Assembly: GCA_963666055.2 (NCBI GenBank)
Contig: CAXWPH010000014.1
Coordinates: 224,001-288,000 of the forward strand
Length of the DNA: 64,000 nucleotides
From: Acidobacteriota bacterium
GTDB lineage: Bacteria > Acidobacteriota > UBA890 > WLXD01
Direction of reading: 5' to 3'
The notes beneath the pieces are model-generated. The model worked only from the letters and a program-made list of their open reading frames with translations. It searched no databases and was not told the DNA's origin. Positions within the stretch are counted from its first letter, which is position 1; every line of letters starts with the position of its first letter. This document shows, piece after piece, positions 19,973-31,484 of the stretch. The position numbers and the translations under genes were made by a program.

Positions 19973-21043
19973 CTACGCGACGGTGCGATGGACCGCCGGT
20001 GCGATGAGACGCAGCTGGCCCATGAGCCGTTCGAATTGCTCCGGATACAGTGACTGTGGTCCGTCCGACAGCGCCGCATCGGGGTCGTGATGCACCTCGA
20101 TCAACAGCCCGTCCGCTCCTGCGGCGAGCGCAGCGCACGCCAACGGCGGCACTTTGTCGCGGATACCGATCGCGTGACTCGGATCGCCGATGATCGGCAG
20201 GTGAGACAGCTTCTGCACGATCGGGAACGCCGAGACGTCGAAGGTATTGCGGCTGTACACCTCGAACGTCCGGATGCCGCGTTCGCACAGAATGACGTTC
20301 TGGTTACCCCCCGCCATGATGTACTCGGCCGACATGAGCCATTCCTCGATGGTCGCCGAGAGGCCCCGCTTCAGAAGCACTGGCGTCTGCTGCCGGCCGA
20401 GCGCCTTGAGCAACGCGAAGTTCTGCATGTTGCGCGCCCCGACCTGAAAGATGTCGACATATTCCGACATGAGCTCGATCTGCGGTGCGTCCATCACCTC
20501 GGAGATGGTCTTGAGACCCTGTGCGTCGGCGGCAGCGCGCAGAAAACGCAGCCCGTCACCACCGAGGCCCTGAAACGAGTACGGCGAGGAGCGTGGCTTG
20601 AAGGCACCGCCACGAAGCACCTGAGCGCCAGCGCCCGCCACGCACTCAGCGATCTTGTGGATCTGCTCCTCGCTCTCGACGCCGCAGGGGCCAGCCATCA
20701 TCACCACCTGCTCGCCACCGATCACGACATCGCCGAGCCGGATGCGGGTGCCCTCCGGTTTGAAGGAGCGGCCGACAAGCTTGTATGGCTTGGAGATCTT
20801 GAGGACCTCCTTGACGCCAGTGAGAACCTCCAACTCGCGAGGGTCGACCTCGACCGCCTTGCCACCGACCGCGCCGACGACCGTGCGCTCGACGCCAGAG
20901 GAACGGTGCGCGTCGAACCCCAGCGCCGTCAGCCGCTCGATGACGCGCTGGATTTGGACCTCATCGGCCCCTGATTCCATGACGATTACCATACCGGCTC
21001 CTGTACCGATCGCACTGGCTAGATCTGCCGCGATTGTTGACAT
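19973..21043 (-). CDS. aroF: DAHP synthase, type I-beta with N-terminal regulatory (ACT/ferredoxin-like) domain
   Basis: 'MAGPC', 'LRGGAFKPRSSPYSFQG', 'QVGARNMQNF', 'LLKRG', 'CERGIR', 'DPSH', 'ALSDGPQ'. Start at 21043 (AGGA RBS) or 20992. Confidence 0.95.
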   Translation of the reverse strand: MSTIAADLASAIGTGAGMVIVMESGADEVQIQRVIERLTALGFDAHRSSGVERTVVGAVGGKAVEVDPRELEVLTGVKEVLKISKPYKLVGRSFKPEGTRIRLGDVVIGGEQVVMMAGPCGVESEEQIHKIAECVAGAGAQVLRGGAFKPRSSPYSFQGLGGDGLRFLRAAADAQGLKTISEVMDAPQIELMSEYVDIFQVGARNMQNFALLKALGRQQTPVLLKRGLSATIEEWLMSAEYIMAGGNQNVILCERGIRTFEVYSRNTFDVSAFPIVQKLSHLPIIGDPSHAIGIRDKVPPLACAALAAGADGLLIEVHHDPDAALSDGPQSLYPEQFERLMGQLRLIAPAVHRTVA

Positions 21044-21074
21044 CTTAGTGTCCTATTGAATCTTAGTGTCCTAT
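21042..21074. repeat. Perfect 15-bp direct repeat (18-bp period) over the aroF RBS/start
   Basis: ATCTTAGTGTCCTAT at 21042-21056 and 21060-21074. Confidence 0.9.
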
Positions 21075-21118
21075 GAGAGGTGTGTTGCGTTTGGCGAGCT
21101 CGTTGCGTTTCGTCAAGC

Positions 21119-21406
21119 CTACTCGACCCTTTGAAGACGGCGCGTCTCGTCGAGAATGCGCTCGAATACACGCCGGACTGCTGCGTCCTCTAGCGGTCCG
21201 CCGTTCGCCTCTACGGCGCGCCTGAAGATCTCCTCTTCACGACGCGGCTGATAGGTGGGCTCGTTGAGCACTTCTTTCGCAGCGCCGATACGTCGAGCAT
21301 ACTCGGCGCGCCGGTTCAGCAACGCCACAAGCTCCAGGTCGATCTCGTCGATGCTCCGCCGGGACTCGATCATCGTGTCGCGGGCACGTTCCGGGCCGGT
21401 GGTCAT
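21119..21406 (-). CDS. Chorismate mutase (AroQ type)
   Basis: 'RRSIDEIDLELVALLNRRA..IG..K', 'PRREEEI'. Confidence 0.9.
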   Translation of the reverse strand: MTTGPERARDTMIESRRSIDEIDLELVALLNRRAEYARRIGAAKEVLNEPTYQPRREEEIFRRAVEANGGPLEDAAVRRVFERILDETRRLQRVE

Positions 21407-22230
21407 TCGCCCTCCCGCTTCTCGGTGCCGGTTGCCGCCAGTTCGTCGGCGGCAGCGCGTAGCTCCTTGACTATCGAGCCCACAGCGCCCGCCGGATCGG
21501 TAGCCTCGTCGATCGCGTCGATCAACGCGCTGCCAACGACGACGCCATCGGCCAACGGACCGAGCCGTTTGACGTGCTCCGGCGGCTTGACGCCGAAGCC
21601 GACGACGAAGGGCTTATGCGCCTGGCGACGGACGCGGCCGAGAAACTCAATCGTGCGCGCCTGCACATCGCCACGCGCTCCAGTGACACCCGTCACGCTG
21701 ACGCAATACGAAAAATGCGTCGAGGCCTTGTCGACGATGCCGATACGCTCGTCGGTGGCGTTGGGGGCCATGAGAAACACCGCTGCCAAGCCGTGCTGCG
21801 CGCAGCCGTCCCGGTACTCGGTGGCTTCCTCCGGCGGCAAGTCCGGAACAATCAACCCGTCAACGCCAGTTTCCGCGGCAGTGCGCAAAAACGCCTCGAG
21901 GCCAAAACGGAAGATCGGGTTGCAGTAACCCATGAGCACCAGCGGTAGCTCCGCCGTGTTGGAATCCGCACGCAGCTCCGCCACTACCGACAACACCCGC
22001 TCCACCGTCATGCCGTTGGACAGCGCCCTCTCGCTGGATCGTTGGATGGTGGGACCGTCCGCCAGCGGGTCGGAGAACGGCACGCCGATCTCCACCAAGT
22101 CTGCTCCGGCGGCGCTCATCGCATGCACCAGCGATACGGTGGAATCGAGTTGCGGGTATCCTGCCGTCACGAACGGGATGATTAGTGGCCTGGCACCGCG
22201 ATCGGCGAAGACTCGATCGATCCGGCTCAC
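21403..22230 (-). CDS. trpA: Tryptophan synthase alpha subunit
   Basis: '[17 protein letters not shown]', 'VPDLPPEE', 'SVTGVTG', 'VGFGV', 'DGVVVGSA'. GTGA overlap with trpB. Confidence 0.96.
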   Translation of the reverse strand: MSRIDRVFADRGARPLIIPFVTAGYPQLDSTVSLVHAMSAAGADLVEIGVPFSDPLADGPTIQRSSERALSNGMTVERVLSVVAELRADSNTAELPLVLMGYCNPIFRFGLEAFLRTAAETGVDGLIVPDLPPEEATEYRDGCAQHGLAAVFLMAPNATDERIGIVDKASTHFSYCVSVTGVTGARGDVQARTIEFLGRVRRQAHKPFVVGFGVKPPEHVKRLGPLADGVVVGSALIDAIDEATDPAGAVGSIVKELRAAADELAATGTEKREGE

Positions 22231-23426
22231 TGGCCCGCCTGCCCACGGTGTTCGGCAATCGTAGCGACGTCCTTGTCGCCCCGCCCCGACAGGCACACGA
22301 TGACGTGGTGCTCTGGCCGCAACTCCCCGCGTTCCGCCATGACGAACAGGTGCGCGATGGCGTGCGCCGACTCCAACGCCGGGATGATCCCTTCGATCAG
22401 GCACACGCGATCGAACGCTGCAAGTGCTTGATCGTCGGTAATCGCCACGTATTCGGCACGCCCGCTGGCGTGCAGCCAGGCGTGTTCCGGGCCAACACCG
22501 GGGTAATCGAGCCCGGCCGATATGGAGTGCGCGACCTGCACCTGACCGTCATCGTCCTGCAGCAACAGAGACCTGGCGCCGTGAAGCACTCCAGGAGTAC
22601 CGGCCGACAGCGTGGCGGAGTGCTCACCACTATCGATGCCGCGACCGCCAGCCTCCACGCCGATCAGACGGGTGTCGGTTTCGATGAAGGGGTGAAACAG
22701 CCCGATGGCGTTGCTGCCGCCGCCCACGCAAGCTATCAGCAGGTCCGGCTGCTCAATGCCGTTGACGCGCAACTGCTCGGAGGCCTCGAGGCCGATGACA
22801 CGCTGGAAGTCACGCACCATCGTCGGGTACGGGTGGGGGCCGACCACCGACCCGATGATGTAGAACGTTGTGTCGACGTTGGTCACCCAGTCGCGGATCG
22901 CCTCGTTGGTAGCATCCTTGAGGGTACGGCTGCCCGAGGTCACCGGCACGACGCGCGCGCCGAGCAATTCCATTCGAAAGACGTTCAACGCCTGGCGGCG
23001 AATGTCCTCCTCCCCCATGTAGACGACACATTCCATGCCGAACATCGCCGCCACCGTTGCTGCAGCCACGCCGTGCTGCCCGGCGCCGGTCTCGGCGATA
23101 ACGCGCCGCTTACCCATGCGGCGAGCCAGTAATGCTTGCCCGACGGTGTTGTTGATCTTGTGTGCCCCGGTATGCAGCAGGTCCTCGCGCTTCAGCCAGA
23201 TCGTCGTGCCACCAACTTCCTCCGAGAGGCGTCTCGCCCGGTACAAAGGTGTGGGCCGACCGCAATAGTCGGCGCGCAGAGCCTCCAGCTCAGCCCGAAA
23301 CGCGCTGTCGGCGCGCGCCTCGCCATAGGCCCGTTCCAGCTCAATCACCGCTGGCATCAACGTCTCGGGAATGTACTGACCGCCGAACTCCCCGAAACGT
23401 CCCGCCGTAGTTGACGTCTCGCTCAT
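22227..23426 (-). CDS. trpB: Tryptophan synthase beta subunit
   Basis: '[15 protein letters not shown]', 'AETGAGQHG', 'CVGGGSNA', '[13 protein letters not shown]', 'SGRGDKD'. Confidence 0.98.
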   Translation of the reverse strand: MSETSTTAGRFGEFGGQYIPETLMPAVIELERAYGEARADSAFRAELEALRADYCGRPTPLYRARRLSEEVGGTTIWLKREDLLHTGAHKINNTVGQALLARRMGKRRVIAETGAGQHGVAAATVAAMFGMECVVYMGEEDIRRQALNVFRMELLGARVVPVTSGSRTLKDATNEAIRDWVTNVDTTFYIIGSVVGPHPYPTMVRDFQRVIGLEASEQLRVNGIEQPDLLIACVGGGSNAIGLFHPFIETDTRLIGVEAGGRGIDSGEHSATLSAGTPGVLHGARSLLLQDDDGQVQVAHSISAGLDYPGVGPEHAWLHASGRAEYVAITDDQALAAFDRVCLIEGIIPALESAHAIAHLFVMAERGELRPEHHVIVCLSGRGDKDVATIAEHRGQAGQ

Positions 23427-24055
23427 CGAAAGGGCTCCAGTGCCCGCGCGAAGGCGCGGATCAGTTGTGGATCTTTGAGTCCTGGCTGCGACTCCACACC
23501 TGATGACACGTCCACCGCCCAGGGCTCGACCCGTTCTACCGCCGCCGCCACTGTTTGCGGCGTCAGGCCGCCAGCGAGCATAATTCGTTGCCGCTGCGCC
23601 AACGCTGCCGCGGCCGACCAGTTGGCCCGCATACCGGTGCCGCCGTACGCGCCCTCGACAGCGGCGTCGATCAGCAGGGAGAAGTCGGAATACCGATCGG
23701 CTAGCTGCTGAGCCTGTGCCCCGGTTGTTTGCTCCTGCAGACGCAACGCCTTGAACGCGTGCCTTGGCAGGCGCGCGCAGATCTCGGGGTCCTCGTCGCC
23801 GGAAAGCTGCACGAAGTCGACGCCGACACGATCCACGACGGCGACCACCTCGAGTGGATCCGGGTCGACGAATACCGCGAACCGCCACGTCTCCTCGGGC
23901 AACTCAGCTGCGATCGCAGCGGCGCGGTCGACCGATACCGAGCGCGGGCTCGGCGGATAGAAGACAAATCCGATGGCGTCGGCGCCAGCTTCCACGGCGG
24001 CCAACGCTCCGACCTCTTCAGTAATTCCGCACACCTTCCAGCGCAGCGGCATCAT
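23423..24055 (-). CDS. trpF: Phosphoribosylanthranilate isomerase
   Basis: 'KVCGIT', 'GFVF..SPR', 'GGTG', 'LAGGL', 'VDVSSGVE'. Confidence 0.95.
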   Translation of the reverse strand: MMPLRWKVCGITEEVGALAAVEAGADAIGFVFYPPSPRSVSVDRAAAIAAELPEETWRFAVFVDPDPLEVVAVVDRVGVDFVQLSGDEDPEICARLPRHAFKALRLQEQTTGAQAQQLADRYSDFSLLIDAAVEGAYGGTGMRANWSAAAALAQRQRIMLAGGLTPQTVAAAVERVEPWAVDVSSGVESQPGLKDPQLIRAFARALEPFR

Positions 24056-24846
24056 CCCGCTCCTTGCAACAGACGTTGCAGCGCGGTCGCAGGATCGGTG
24101 GCGCGCACCAGGCTCGTACCCACCAGCACGGCGTCATAGCCGGCGGCTCCGAGCTGGTGTAGCTCGGTGGCCGACTGGATGCCGCTCTCGCTCACCCGCA
24201 CGGTACCGGAGGGGAGCTGCGCGGCGACGTGGAGCGAGTGACGCCAGTCGACCCGCATCGAGCGTAGGTCACGGTTGTTGATGCCGATCAGGCCGCTTCC
24301 GGCTGCCACGGCGGCGCCGATGGAGTCCGCGTCGTGCAGCTCCACGAGCGCATCGAGCCGCAGCTGATGAGCAAGCGCCACCAACTCCTGCAGCGCCGCA
24401 GGCTCCAAGGCCTCGGCGATCAGCAATACTGCTGCCGCGCCGGCAAGAGCCGCCTGCTCGATCTGATAGGCGTCGATGATGAAGTCCTTGCGAAGCACCG
24501 GCAGCTCAACTGCTCCGGCCACACTGGCCAGGTGCGCCAGACTGCCGGCGAAAAACGTCTCTTCGGTCAGCACCGAGATCGCGGCGGCTCCGGCGCTGGC
24601 GTATTGCCGTGCCAGGTCCACCGGGTCAAACGGCGTCCGCAGCGGGCCCGACAGAGGGCTGGCACCTTTGACCTCAGCAATAACCGACACGCCTTCGCCG
24701 CGCAGCGCCCGGCGCAGCCGCCCCGCTGGGCGGCCTAGCGCGTCGCTATCACGAAGCTTTGCCTGCAGCTCGGCCTGCGGGGTCACCGCCCGGTCCGCAA
24801 CTGCCTTCTGGCGCGCTGCTTCGACGAGACGCTCAAGGGTAATCAT
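24052..24846 (-). CDS. trpC: Indole-3-glycerol phosphate synthase
   Basis: 'IAEVK.ASP', 'ISVLTE..F', 'LRKDFI', 'GINNRDL', 'SESGI'. Confidence 0.95.
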   Translation of the reverse strand: MITLERLVEAARQKAVADRAVTPQAELQAKLRDSDALGRPAGRLRRALRGEGVSVIAEVKGASPLSGPLRTPFDPVDLARQYASAGAAAISVLTEETFFAGSLAHLASVAGAVELPVLRKDFIIDAYQIEQAALAGAAAVLLIAEALEPAALQELVALAHQLRLDALVELHDADSIGAAVAAGSGLIGINNRDLRSMRVDWRHSLHVAAQLPSGTVRVSESGIQSATELHQLGAAGYDAVLVGTSLVRATDPATALQRLLQGAG

Positions 24847-25861
24847 GACGCCGGCTCGCCGCTCGTGGAGGCCACTAATCGCTCCAGGGTCGTCGATGCC
24901 GCCCCGGTGTCGATCGCATTGGCGGCGGCTTCCACTCCTTGCACCAACGTGCCGGCAGCGCCGCCCATCTGCAGTGCCGCACCGGCGTTCAGCAATACGA
25001 TGTCGCGACGGGGCCCAGGTTCACCCGCCAGGACCGAGCGAACGATGGCGGCGTTGTCTGCCGCCGGGCCACCGGCGAGTTGCGGCGCGTGCGCGCGTGT
25101 AAGGCCCACCTGCTCGGGCGTCACCGAGTACGTCCGTACTTGGCTGCCATCCCATTCCGCCACTTCGGTGGCGCCCAGCAGCGATAGCTCGTCCATGCCC
25201 CCGGCACCGTGCACCACCATGGCGTGCGCGGCACCGAGTTGTCCGAGCACCTCCGCCAACGGCCGAACCAGCGCGGCATCGTACACGCCCACCACCTGGC
25301 GCCGCGCCCCGGCGGGATTGGTAAGCGGCCCGAGCAGGTTGAAAACGGTGCGCAGGCCGAGCTCACGTCGAGGCCCCACTGCATGCTTCATGGCGGGATG
25401 CTGTGAGGGGGCAAACAGGAACGCGATACCGGCGTCGGCGAGACTACGCCGCAGGCTCGCCTGGTCGGCAACGAGCGTCACGCCCAGAGCTTCTAGCACA
25501 TCGGCACTGCCACACTCGCTGGACACGGCGCGATTGCCATGCTTGGCGACCGGCACGCCGGCCGCGGCCGCCACCAGCGCCGCAGCGGTCGAAATGTTGA
25601 ACGTGTCCGCACCGTCGCCCCCGGTTCCGCAAGTGTCGACCAGGCCGCGCGTCTCCAGGTCGACGGGATTCGCGGCGCCGCGCATCGCATCCGCAAAACC
25701 GACAATCTCGTCGACCGTCTCTCCACGGATCCGCAGCGCCACCAGGAAGCCGGCAATCTGTGCCGGCGTTGCCTCACCGCGCATGATGAGCTGCATGGCC
25801 GATCGCGCCTCCTGGCGCTCCAGCTTCTCACCGTCGACGACTCGCGCCAGCAGCTCCTTGA

Positions 25862-25865
<4 letters not shown>
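24843..25865 (-). CDS. trpD: Anthranilate phosphoribosyltransferase
   Basis: 'DTCGTGGDG..TFNIST', 'KHGNR..SS..GSAD', 'FNLLGPLTNP'. Confidence 0.96.
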
Positions 25866-26460
<595 letters not shown>

Positions 26461-26464
<4 letters not shown>

Positions 26465-28011
26465 GAGACCACCTTTGAATCGGCGCCGGCACGCGGCCGC
26501 TGCGCGGCAGTGGCGGCATCAGCCCAGGCCAGCGCCTGTAGCGGAGCCGCCGCCTTCTCGTCGGTCTCGACCAGCTCGCGCTCGGCCTGCGAATCGATCA
26601 CCAGCCCGGCACCTGCCTGCACGCGCGCGATGCCGTCCTGCATGACGATAGTCCGAATCGCGATGCACGAGTTGAGGTTCCCGGCGAAGTCGCTGTACAG
26701 CACTGCACCGGCGTAGACGCCGCGAGCATGTTCCTCGAGCTCGTTGATAATCTCCATGGCGCGGATCTTCGGCGCCCCCGACACCGTGCCTGCCGGAAAG
26801 CCGGCAAACAGAGCTTCGGTGGGCGACACGTCGGCGCGTAGAGCACCGCGCACCGAAGACACGATGTGCATCACATGCGAGTAGCGCTCGACGCGCATGA
26901 ACTCCGGCACCTCGACGGCACCGTACTCCGCCACCCGCCCGATGTCGTTGCGTCCGAGGTCCACGAGCATCAGGTGTTCGGCGCACTCCTTCTCGTCGGA
27001 AAGAAGCTCTTCCTCCAAGCGCCGGTCGATCTCGGGATCGGCGTCGCGGCGCCTCGTACCGGCGATCGGGCGATTCTCCACCACCCCGTCCTCGACCCGT
27101 ACGAGCATCTCCGGCGACGAGCCGACGATGGCTGCCGCACCGGTGTCCAGACAGAACATGTAGGGCGAGGGATTGATGGCACGAAGGGCCCGATAGACCG
27201 TCAAGGGTGAAGCATCGGTGCGGCACTCGAGCCGCCGCGACAGGACCACCTGGAACACATCGCCAGCTCGAATATATTCGCGCGCGCGCTCGACCCCCTC
27301 ACAGAAGCGCTCGCGGGAAGGCTCCTCAATCGTCGACAACGCCGGTGCCTCGTCCGGCGCCACCGTATCGAGCGGCGCGCAAGGGGGCGCCTCCGCATCA
27401 AGGAGGGCCGCGAGTCGGGTCAAGCGCTTGACCGCATCGTCGTAGGCTCGCCGTAGACCGTCGGCGTCGTTCGGGTCCTCCACGTGGGCGTTGGCCACCA
27501 GCTTGATGCGGTGCTTCAGGTGGTCGAAGGCCAGCAGAGTGTCGTAGAACCCCATGTACAGCCAGGGCAATTCGTCTCCCTTCCGTGGGTACGGCACGCG
27601 TTCTACCCAGCGCACCGCGTCGTAGCCGATGTAGCCGACGCCGCCACCCGAGAAGGGAGGCGCTCCGGCCACCTCGGCGCCCCGATAGCGCGCTTGGACC
27701 GCCGCCAGGTTGGCCACCGGATCGCCCTCGAGCCGCTGCTCGGGGCCGTCCGCGGGACGCAAGACGAGCCCATCGGCATCACCCAGCAGCTCCAGGAACG
27801 GGTCGCCGCCCAGGTACGAATAGCGCCCGATGTGCTCGCCGCCCTCGGCACTCTCCAGCAGAAAGGGCCGGCGCACGTGCCCGACCAACCGCAGAGCGGC
27901 CGACACCGGCGTCAACAGATCGCCGATGCGCTCCATGTAGATCGGCACAACCGTAGCGTCGGCTGACGCCTCCACGAACCCCTCGAGGTCGGGATACGCA
28001 GTTAGCCCCAT
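26461..28011 (-). CDS. trpE: Anthranilate synthase component I
   Basis: 'FLLES', 'NPSPYM', 'SSPE', 'PIAGT', 'EHLMLVDLGRND', 'GTVSGAPKIRAM'. Confidence 0.96.
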
Positions 28012-28089
28012 AACCTGCGCTCGCGGACGCACATACACGAGGACCGTCGCCTCACGGCCAGCCTCCGGTTGGTTTCCGTTGGGGTGGAG

Positions 28090-28224
28090 TTACGCGCCGC
28101 AGGCGGGCCGCCGGTATCGCCCATACCAGTAGCCATCGCGCCAAGCGTGCGGTGCGGTGTGGACGAGGTTTGAGGGAGAGCCCGCGCACAACTCGCGGGT
28201 CAGGTTCGCAATGTCGGAACTCAT
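28090..28224 (-). CDS. Candidate leader peptide (44 aa) with a Trp/Tyr cluster upstream of trpE
   Basis: GGAG-N6-ATG at 28224. Peptide ends '...HAWRDGYWYGRYRRPACGA*'. Lies between a candidate promoter and trpE. Confidence 0.5.
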   Translation of the reverse strand: MSSDIANLTRELCAGSPSNLVHTAPHAWRDGYWYGRYRRPACGA

Positions 28225-28312
28225 CGCGCTCTCCGTCGTCATGGCTTCCGGGCACCCCGGGCGATCTTGCACGGATGTCGTCCGGAACGCTTGTCTCGCC
28301 CCAGTGCAAACG

Positions 28313-28342
28313 AGCCTAGCAACCGAGTCAGGCCGCGGTCAA
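28313..28342 (-). promoter_or_regulatory. Candidate sigma70 promoter of the trp/aro operon
   Basis: Minus strand TTGACC-N18-TAGGCT with an extended -10 TGn. Confidence 0.5.
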
Positions 28343-28396
28343 TCGCCGCGCCACAGTCACGGCGTGTGTTCGACAAAACCGGGGGTGCTGCCGGGC

Positions 28397-29167
28397 TCAG
28401 GAACCGAGGCTCGTCCAGAACGCCGTCAGCGCCATCGACAAACCCCACAGGGCGATCGCCAACGTCATCGCCGAGCCACGCTTCAGGCCGAGTAACTGTT
28501 GTCCGCCGATGACCACCACGGCCATCCACCAGAAGTTGAACACGTCGACACGCGCCGCCACCTGCGCCATCGCCGGGGAAAGCTCGGTGGTGTCGAGCAG
28601 CAGGCTGAGCCCCAGCGAGGGAGTCGACTGCACGAAGTCGGCCATGCGCCGGATCTCGGGCGGATCAAGACGCCAGACCAGGGTCACGAAGGCGGTGGCC
28701 AGCAGCGGGTGGATCACGGCGCCGATCGAAGCCACCGAAAAGCTGTGCGAGAACTTAGTCGATCCCCCCATGATGCTGGCACCGATCCAGATCAACGCGG
28801 CAAAGACGCCGACAGCCAGAATGATGAACAGGTTGAACCCGACCGCCCAGACCGGCGCCCATCTGTCCATCGTCTCGACCATGCTGCGGAGCTGTTCCGC
28901 TTCGATCTGCTGACCTCGCTGGGCCATTGCCTCGATCATCCCCACCCGCATGATCTGACGCGTGATCTCGAAGTTCACGACCCCGAGCAGCATCATCAAT
29001 ACGGTCAACCAGAGTAACGGCCAGCAAGCCAGCAACGGGCGCTCGGCGAGCACCTCGAACGCCTCAGTCGGGGCGAAGATAGCGTTCAGGGTGGGGCCGA
29101 AAACCGCTGTGAGTCCTCGTGCGGGCTCCGCATCGGACCGCTCGGTCGAGTCCACCATGTCGGTCAT
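28397..29167 (-). CDS. Yip1-family membrane protein
   Basis: 'IFAPTEAFEVLAERP' N-terminus, ~5 hydrophobic segments, 'VDVFNFW'. Confidence 0.75.
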   Translation of the reverse strand: MTDMVDSTERSDAEPARGLTAVFGPTLNAIFAPTEAFEVLAERPLLACWPLLWLTVLMMLLGVVNFEITRQIMRVGMIEAMAQRGQQIEAEQLRSMVETMDRWAPVWAVGFNLFIILAVGVFAALIWIGASIMGGSTKFSHSFSVASIGAVIHPLLATAFVTLVWRLDPPEIRRMADFVQSTPSLGLSLLLDTTELSPAMAQVAARVDVFNFWWMAVVVIGGQQLLGLKRGSAMTLAIALWGLSMALTAFWTSLGS

Positions 29168-29179
29168 GGCTACCTCCCT

Positions 29180-30658
29180 TCAGGCGGCGCCGAGCGCGCT
29201 CATCGCCGCAGTCCGCATTCGGTCCGTGGGCGGCTGGGCGCCCATCCATATCATGTACTGTGCTGCGGCCTGCCGCAGGAACATCTCCAGGCCGGTGATC
29301 GTCGAACAGCCGCGAGCTCGCGCCTGTCGAAGCAACTCCGTTTCCAGCGGACGGTAGACCATATCCAGCACCACCTCGTCGCCTCGCAACCAGGCGGTCG
29401 GGACAGGCGATTGAGCGGTTCCATTCATCCCCACCGGGGTGGCGTTGACGATCATCTGGGCGCCGGTCGTGGCGATCTCCTCGAGGCTCGCCGCCTCGCA
29501 AGCAAGCGCTGCGGCGGCCTTGCGGGCACGCTCGATCGAGCGCCCCAGCAGGATCACGTGCGCCCCGGCTTGCTGTAGTGCGACGGCCGCGGCCGCAGCG
29601 GCGCCCCCCGCACCCAGTACCGCGACGAGCTTGTGCTCCACGGGGGCGACGGTGCTCAGTGCCTCGACGAGGGCCGCGCCGTCGGTATTGTGTCCCTCCC
29701 AGCGTCCGGCGCGTAGCACGAGTGTGTTCACCGCTTGCATGCGCTCGGCATCGGCCGAGAGCAGGTCGGCGAAGTCCGCTGCGTGGCGCTTGTACGGCAT
29801 GGTCACGCTCAGACCGACTACGTCAGCGGCAACGACCATGCGCATGACCGAGGCGAAATCGTCTCCCGGCAGCGGCAGGTAGAGCGCCTCGCACCCTTCC
29901 TGCTCGAACGCGGCATTGAACACCACCGGTGACAACGAGCGGGTGATCGGATCGCCGATGACCGCATAGCGTGCATGGGTGGAACGCCAGCGCTCGATGC
30001 GAAGCTGGCGCCGCAACAGGCGCGCGAGCCACTGTCCCGGGGCGGTCGGATGGCCAACGGGCGCCGAAGCGTACGACCAGACGCCGCCTCGAGACAGATC
30101 GATCAGCCGGCTGCCGGCGCCGGCCGGCCCCATACAGAAGCAAGTGCAGTCGATCCCGGCGGCTCGCAACGTGTCGCCCGCGGCGAGCATCGGCAGAGCG
30201 TCGTCCGGTGCCTGCGCCACAGTTACCAGCTTGGCGACGGCGGGACGCAGCTCCACAATCCGGCCAACCCGCTGGTCAACGTCACCCGGCCGAGCCTGCG
30301 TCCAATGGTGCGACAGCACGATGCGCTGGCGCGCCTCGGTCAGCACGTCCGGCGCCCACTCGGCATCGAGCTCGACATCGACATACCTTGCACCAGCGCC
30401 GAGCGCCGCGCTGATGAGCTCGCGCCGCGCCTCCTCGTCGCCGTCGAAGCCACCACCGTCGGAGCGCCGGCGGCAAGTCGCCACCACATCGACCGGCGCA
30501 CGCTCTACGACCCGGACCACATCGGCCGCGGTCACCATCGGTACGAGCGCATCCAGGCGAACCTCGACGAGATCGGCGTCTTCGAGCTGATCGTACGCAG
30601 CAAACACGTCGGCGAGCTCGGCCGCCGCCAGGCTCACGCAAATCCGTGGGCCGCTCAC
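29180..30658 (-). CDS. Bifunctional type I 3-dehydroquinate dehydratase / shikimate dehydrogenase (AroD-AroE fusion)
   Basis: N-half 'VEVRLD', 'ATCR...GG', 'DVEL', 'SHH', 'AKL', 'APGQ'. C-half 'GDPI.RSLSP', 'SVTMPYK', 'AVNT', 'NTD', 'GAGGAA', 'NATPVG', 'DMVY.P', 'GLEMF..QA'. Confidence 0.93.
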   Translation of the reverse strand: MSGPRICVSLAAAELADVFAAYDQLEDADLVEVRLDALVPMVTAADVVRVVERAPVDVVATCRRRSDGGGFDGDEEARRELISAALGAGARYVDVELDAEWAPDVLTEARQRIVLSHHWTQARPGDVDQRVGRIVELRPAVAKLVTVAQAPDDALPMLAAGDTLRAAGIDCTCFCMGPAGAGSRLIDLSRGGVWSYASAPVGHPTAPGQWLARLLRRQLRIERWRSTHARYAVIGDPITRSLSPVVFNAAFEQEGCEALYLPLPGDDFASVMRMVVAADVVGLSVTMPYKRHAADFADLLSADAERMQAVNTLVLRAGRWEGHNTDGAALVEALSTVAPVEHKLVAVLGAGGAAAAAAVALQQAGAHVILLGRSIERARKAAAALACEAASLEEIATTGAQMIVNATPVGMNGTAQSPVPTAWLRGDEVVLDMVYRPLETELLRQARARGCSTITGLEMFLRQAAAQYMIWMGAQPPTDRMRTAAMSALGAA

Positions 30659-30677
30659 TTGTTCGGCGAGCCCGCGC

Positions 30678-31484
30678 TCAGCGGCTCGCCGGCGCACAGA
30701 CCGCAACCGCGGTGGGTCTGTCGATGCTTGGCGCCTGTCCGCACAGTGGACATTCCGGATCGCGGCGCAACTGCACCGTCCGGAAGCTCATCTGCTGGGT
30801 GTCCACGAGCAGCAGACGCCCCATGAGCGCTGTCACCTGATAACCGAGTAGCTTGAGGCCTTCCGCTGCCTGGATGCTACCGACAATGCCGGCGAGCGCA
30901 CCCAGCAGGCCGGCGTCGTGGCACGGCGGCTGTTCGCTTGGCGCGCTGCGGAACACGCATCGGTAGCAGGGGGTGATCGGCGGAGCTATGACGGTGACCT
31001 GTCCTTCAAAGCGATACAGGCTGCCGGTGACCAGCGGGACCGCGGCCAGCACGCACGCATCGTTGACCACGTAACGGGTGGCGAAATTGTCGCTGCCGTC
31101 CAACACCAAGTCGTACTGGCGGACGAGCTCGAGCACGTTGGCGGCGGTAACTCGCACCGCGTGCTCTCGAATCTGTACCGAGGGGTTCTGGGCGCGGAGG
31201 CGCAGCGCCGCAACTCCCACCTTGCCGCGACCGCGATCACTGTCGTCGAAGAGCACCTGCCGCTGCAGGTTGGATACTTCGACGATGTCGTCATCAGCCA
31301 GGCCGACGGTACCAACCCCGGCGGCAACGAGATACTGGGCGATGGGACACCCGAGGCCACCCACGCCGATTACCAGGGCTCGCGCCGCCATCAGGCGGCG
31401 CTGCGACGCGACGTTGAACCCGGGAAGCTGCAGGTGAGCCTGATAGCGTTCCGTCTGCTCCGCCGAGAGCCGGTCAGGTGACAT
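30678..31484 (-). CDS. MoeB/ThiF-family adenylyltransferase
   Basis: 'GVGGLG', 'SNLQRQ', 'DGSDNFATRY', 'PCYRC', 'CPLC'. Confidence 0.92.
   Translation of the reverse strand: MSPDRLSAEQTERYQAHLQLPGFNVASQRRLMAARALVIGVGGLGCPIAQYLVAAGVGTVGLADDDIVEVSNLQRQVLFDDSDRGRGKVGVAALRLRAQNPSVQIREHAVRVTAANVLELVRQYDLVLDGSDNFATRYVVNDACVLAAVPLVTGSLYRFEGQVTVIAPPITPCYRCVFRSAPSEQPPCHDAGLLGALAGIVGSIQAAEGLKLLGYQVTALMGRLLLVDTQQMSFRTVQLRRDPECPLCGQAPSIDRPTAVAVCAPASR

Noticed and set aside
28052-28309. Alternative 85-aa ORF with Trp codons as the leader peptide
   Set aside because: It has a non-ATG start immediately after the -10 box and no RBS. The 28090-28224 frame has an ATG, a GGAG and a tighter aromatic cluster.
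28012-28396. T-box riboswitch upstream of trpE
   Set aside because: No AGGGTGGNACC T-box consensus or U-tailed terminator was found.
28397-31484. Yip1 plus ThiF/MoeB as a second bacteriocin locus
   Set aside because: No precursor, SpoIIM or ABC gene is adjacent. The ThiF protein is a canonical MoeB type among housekeeping genes.
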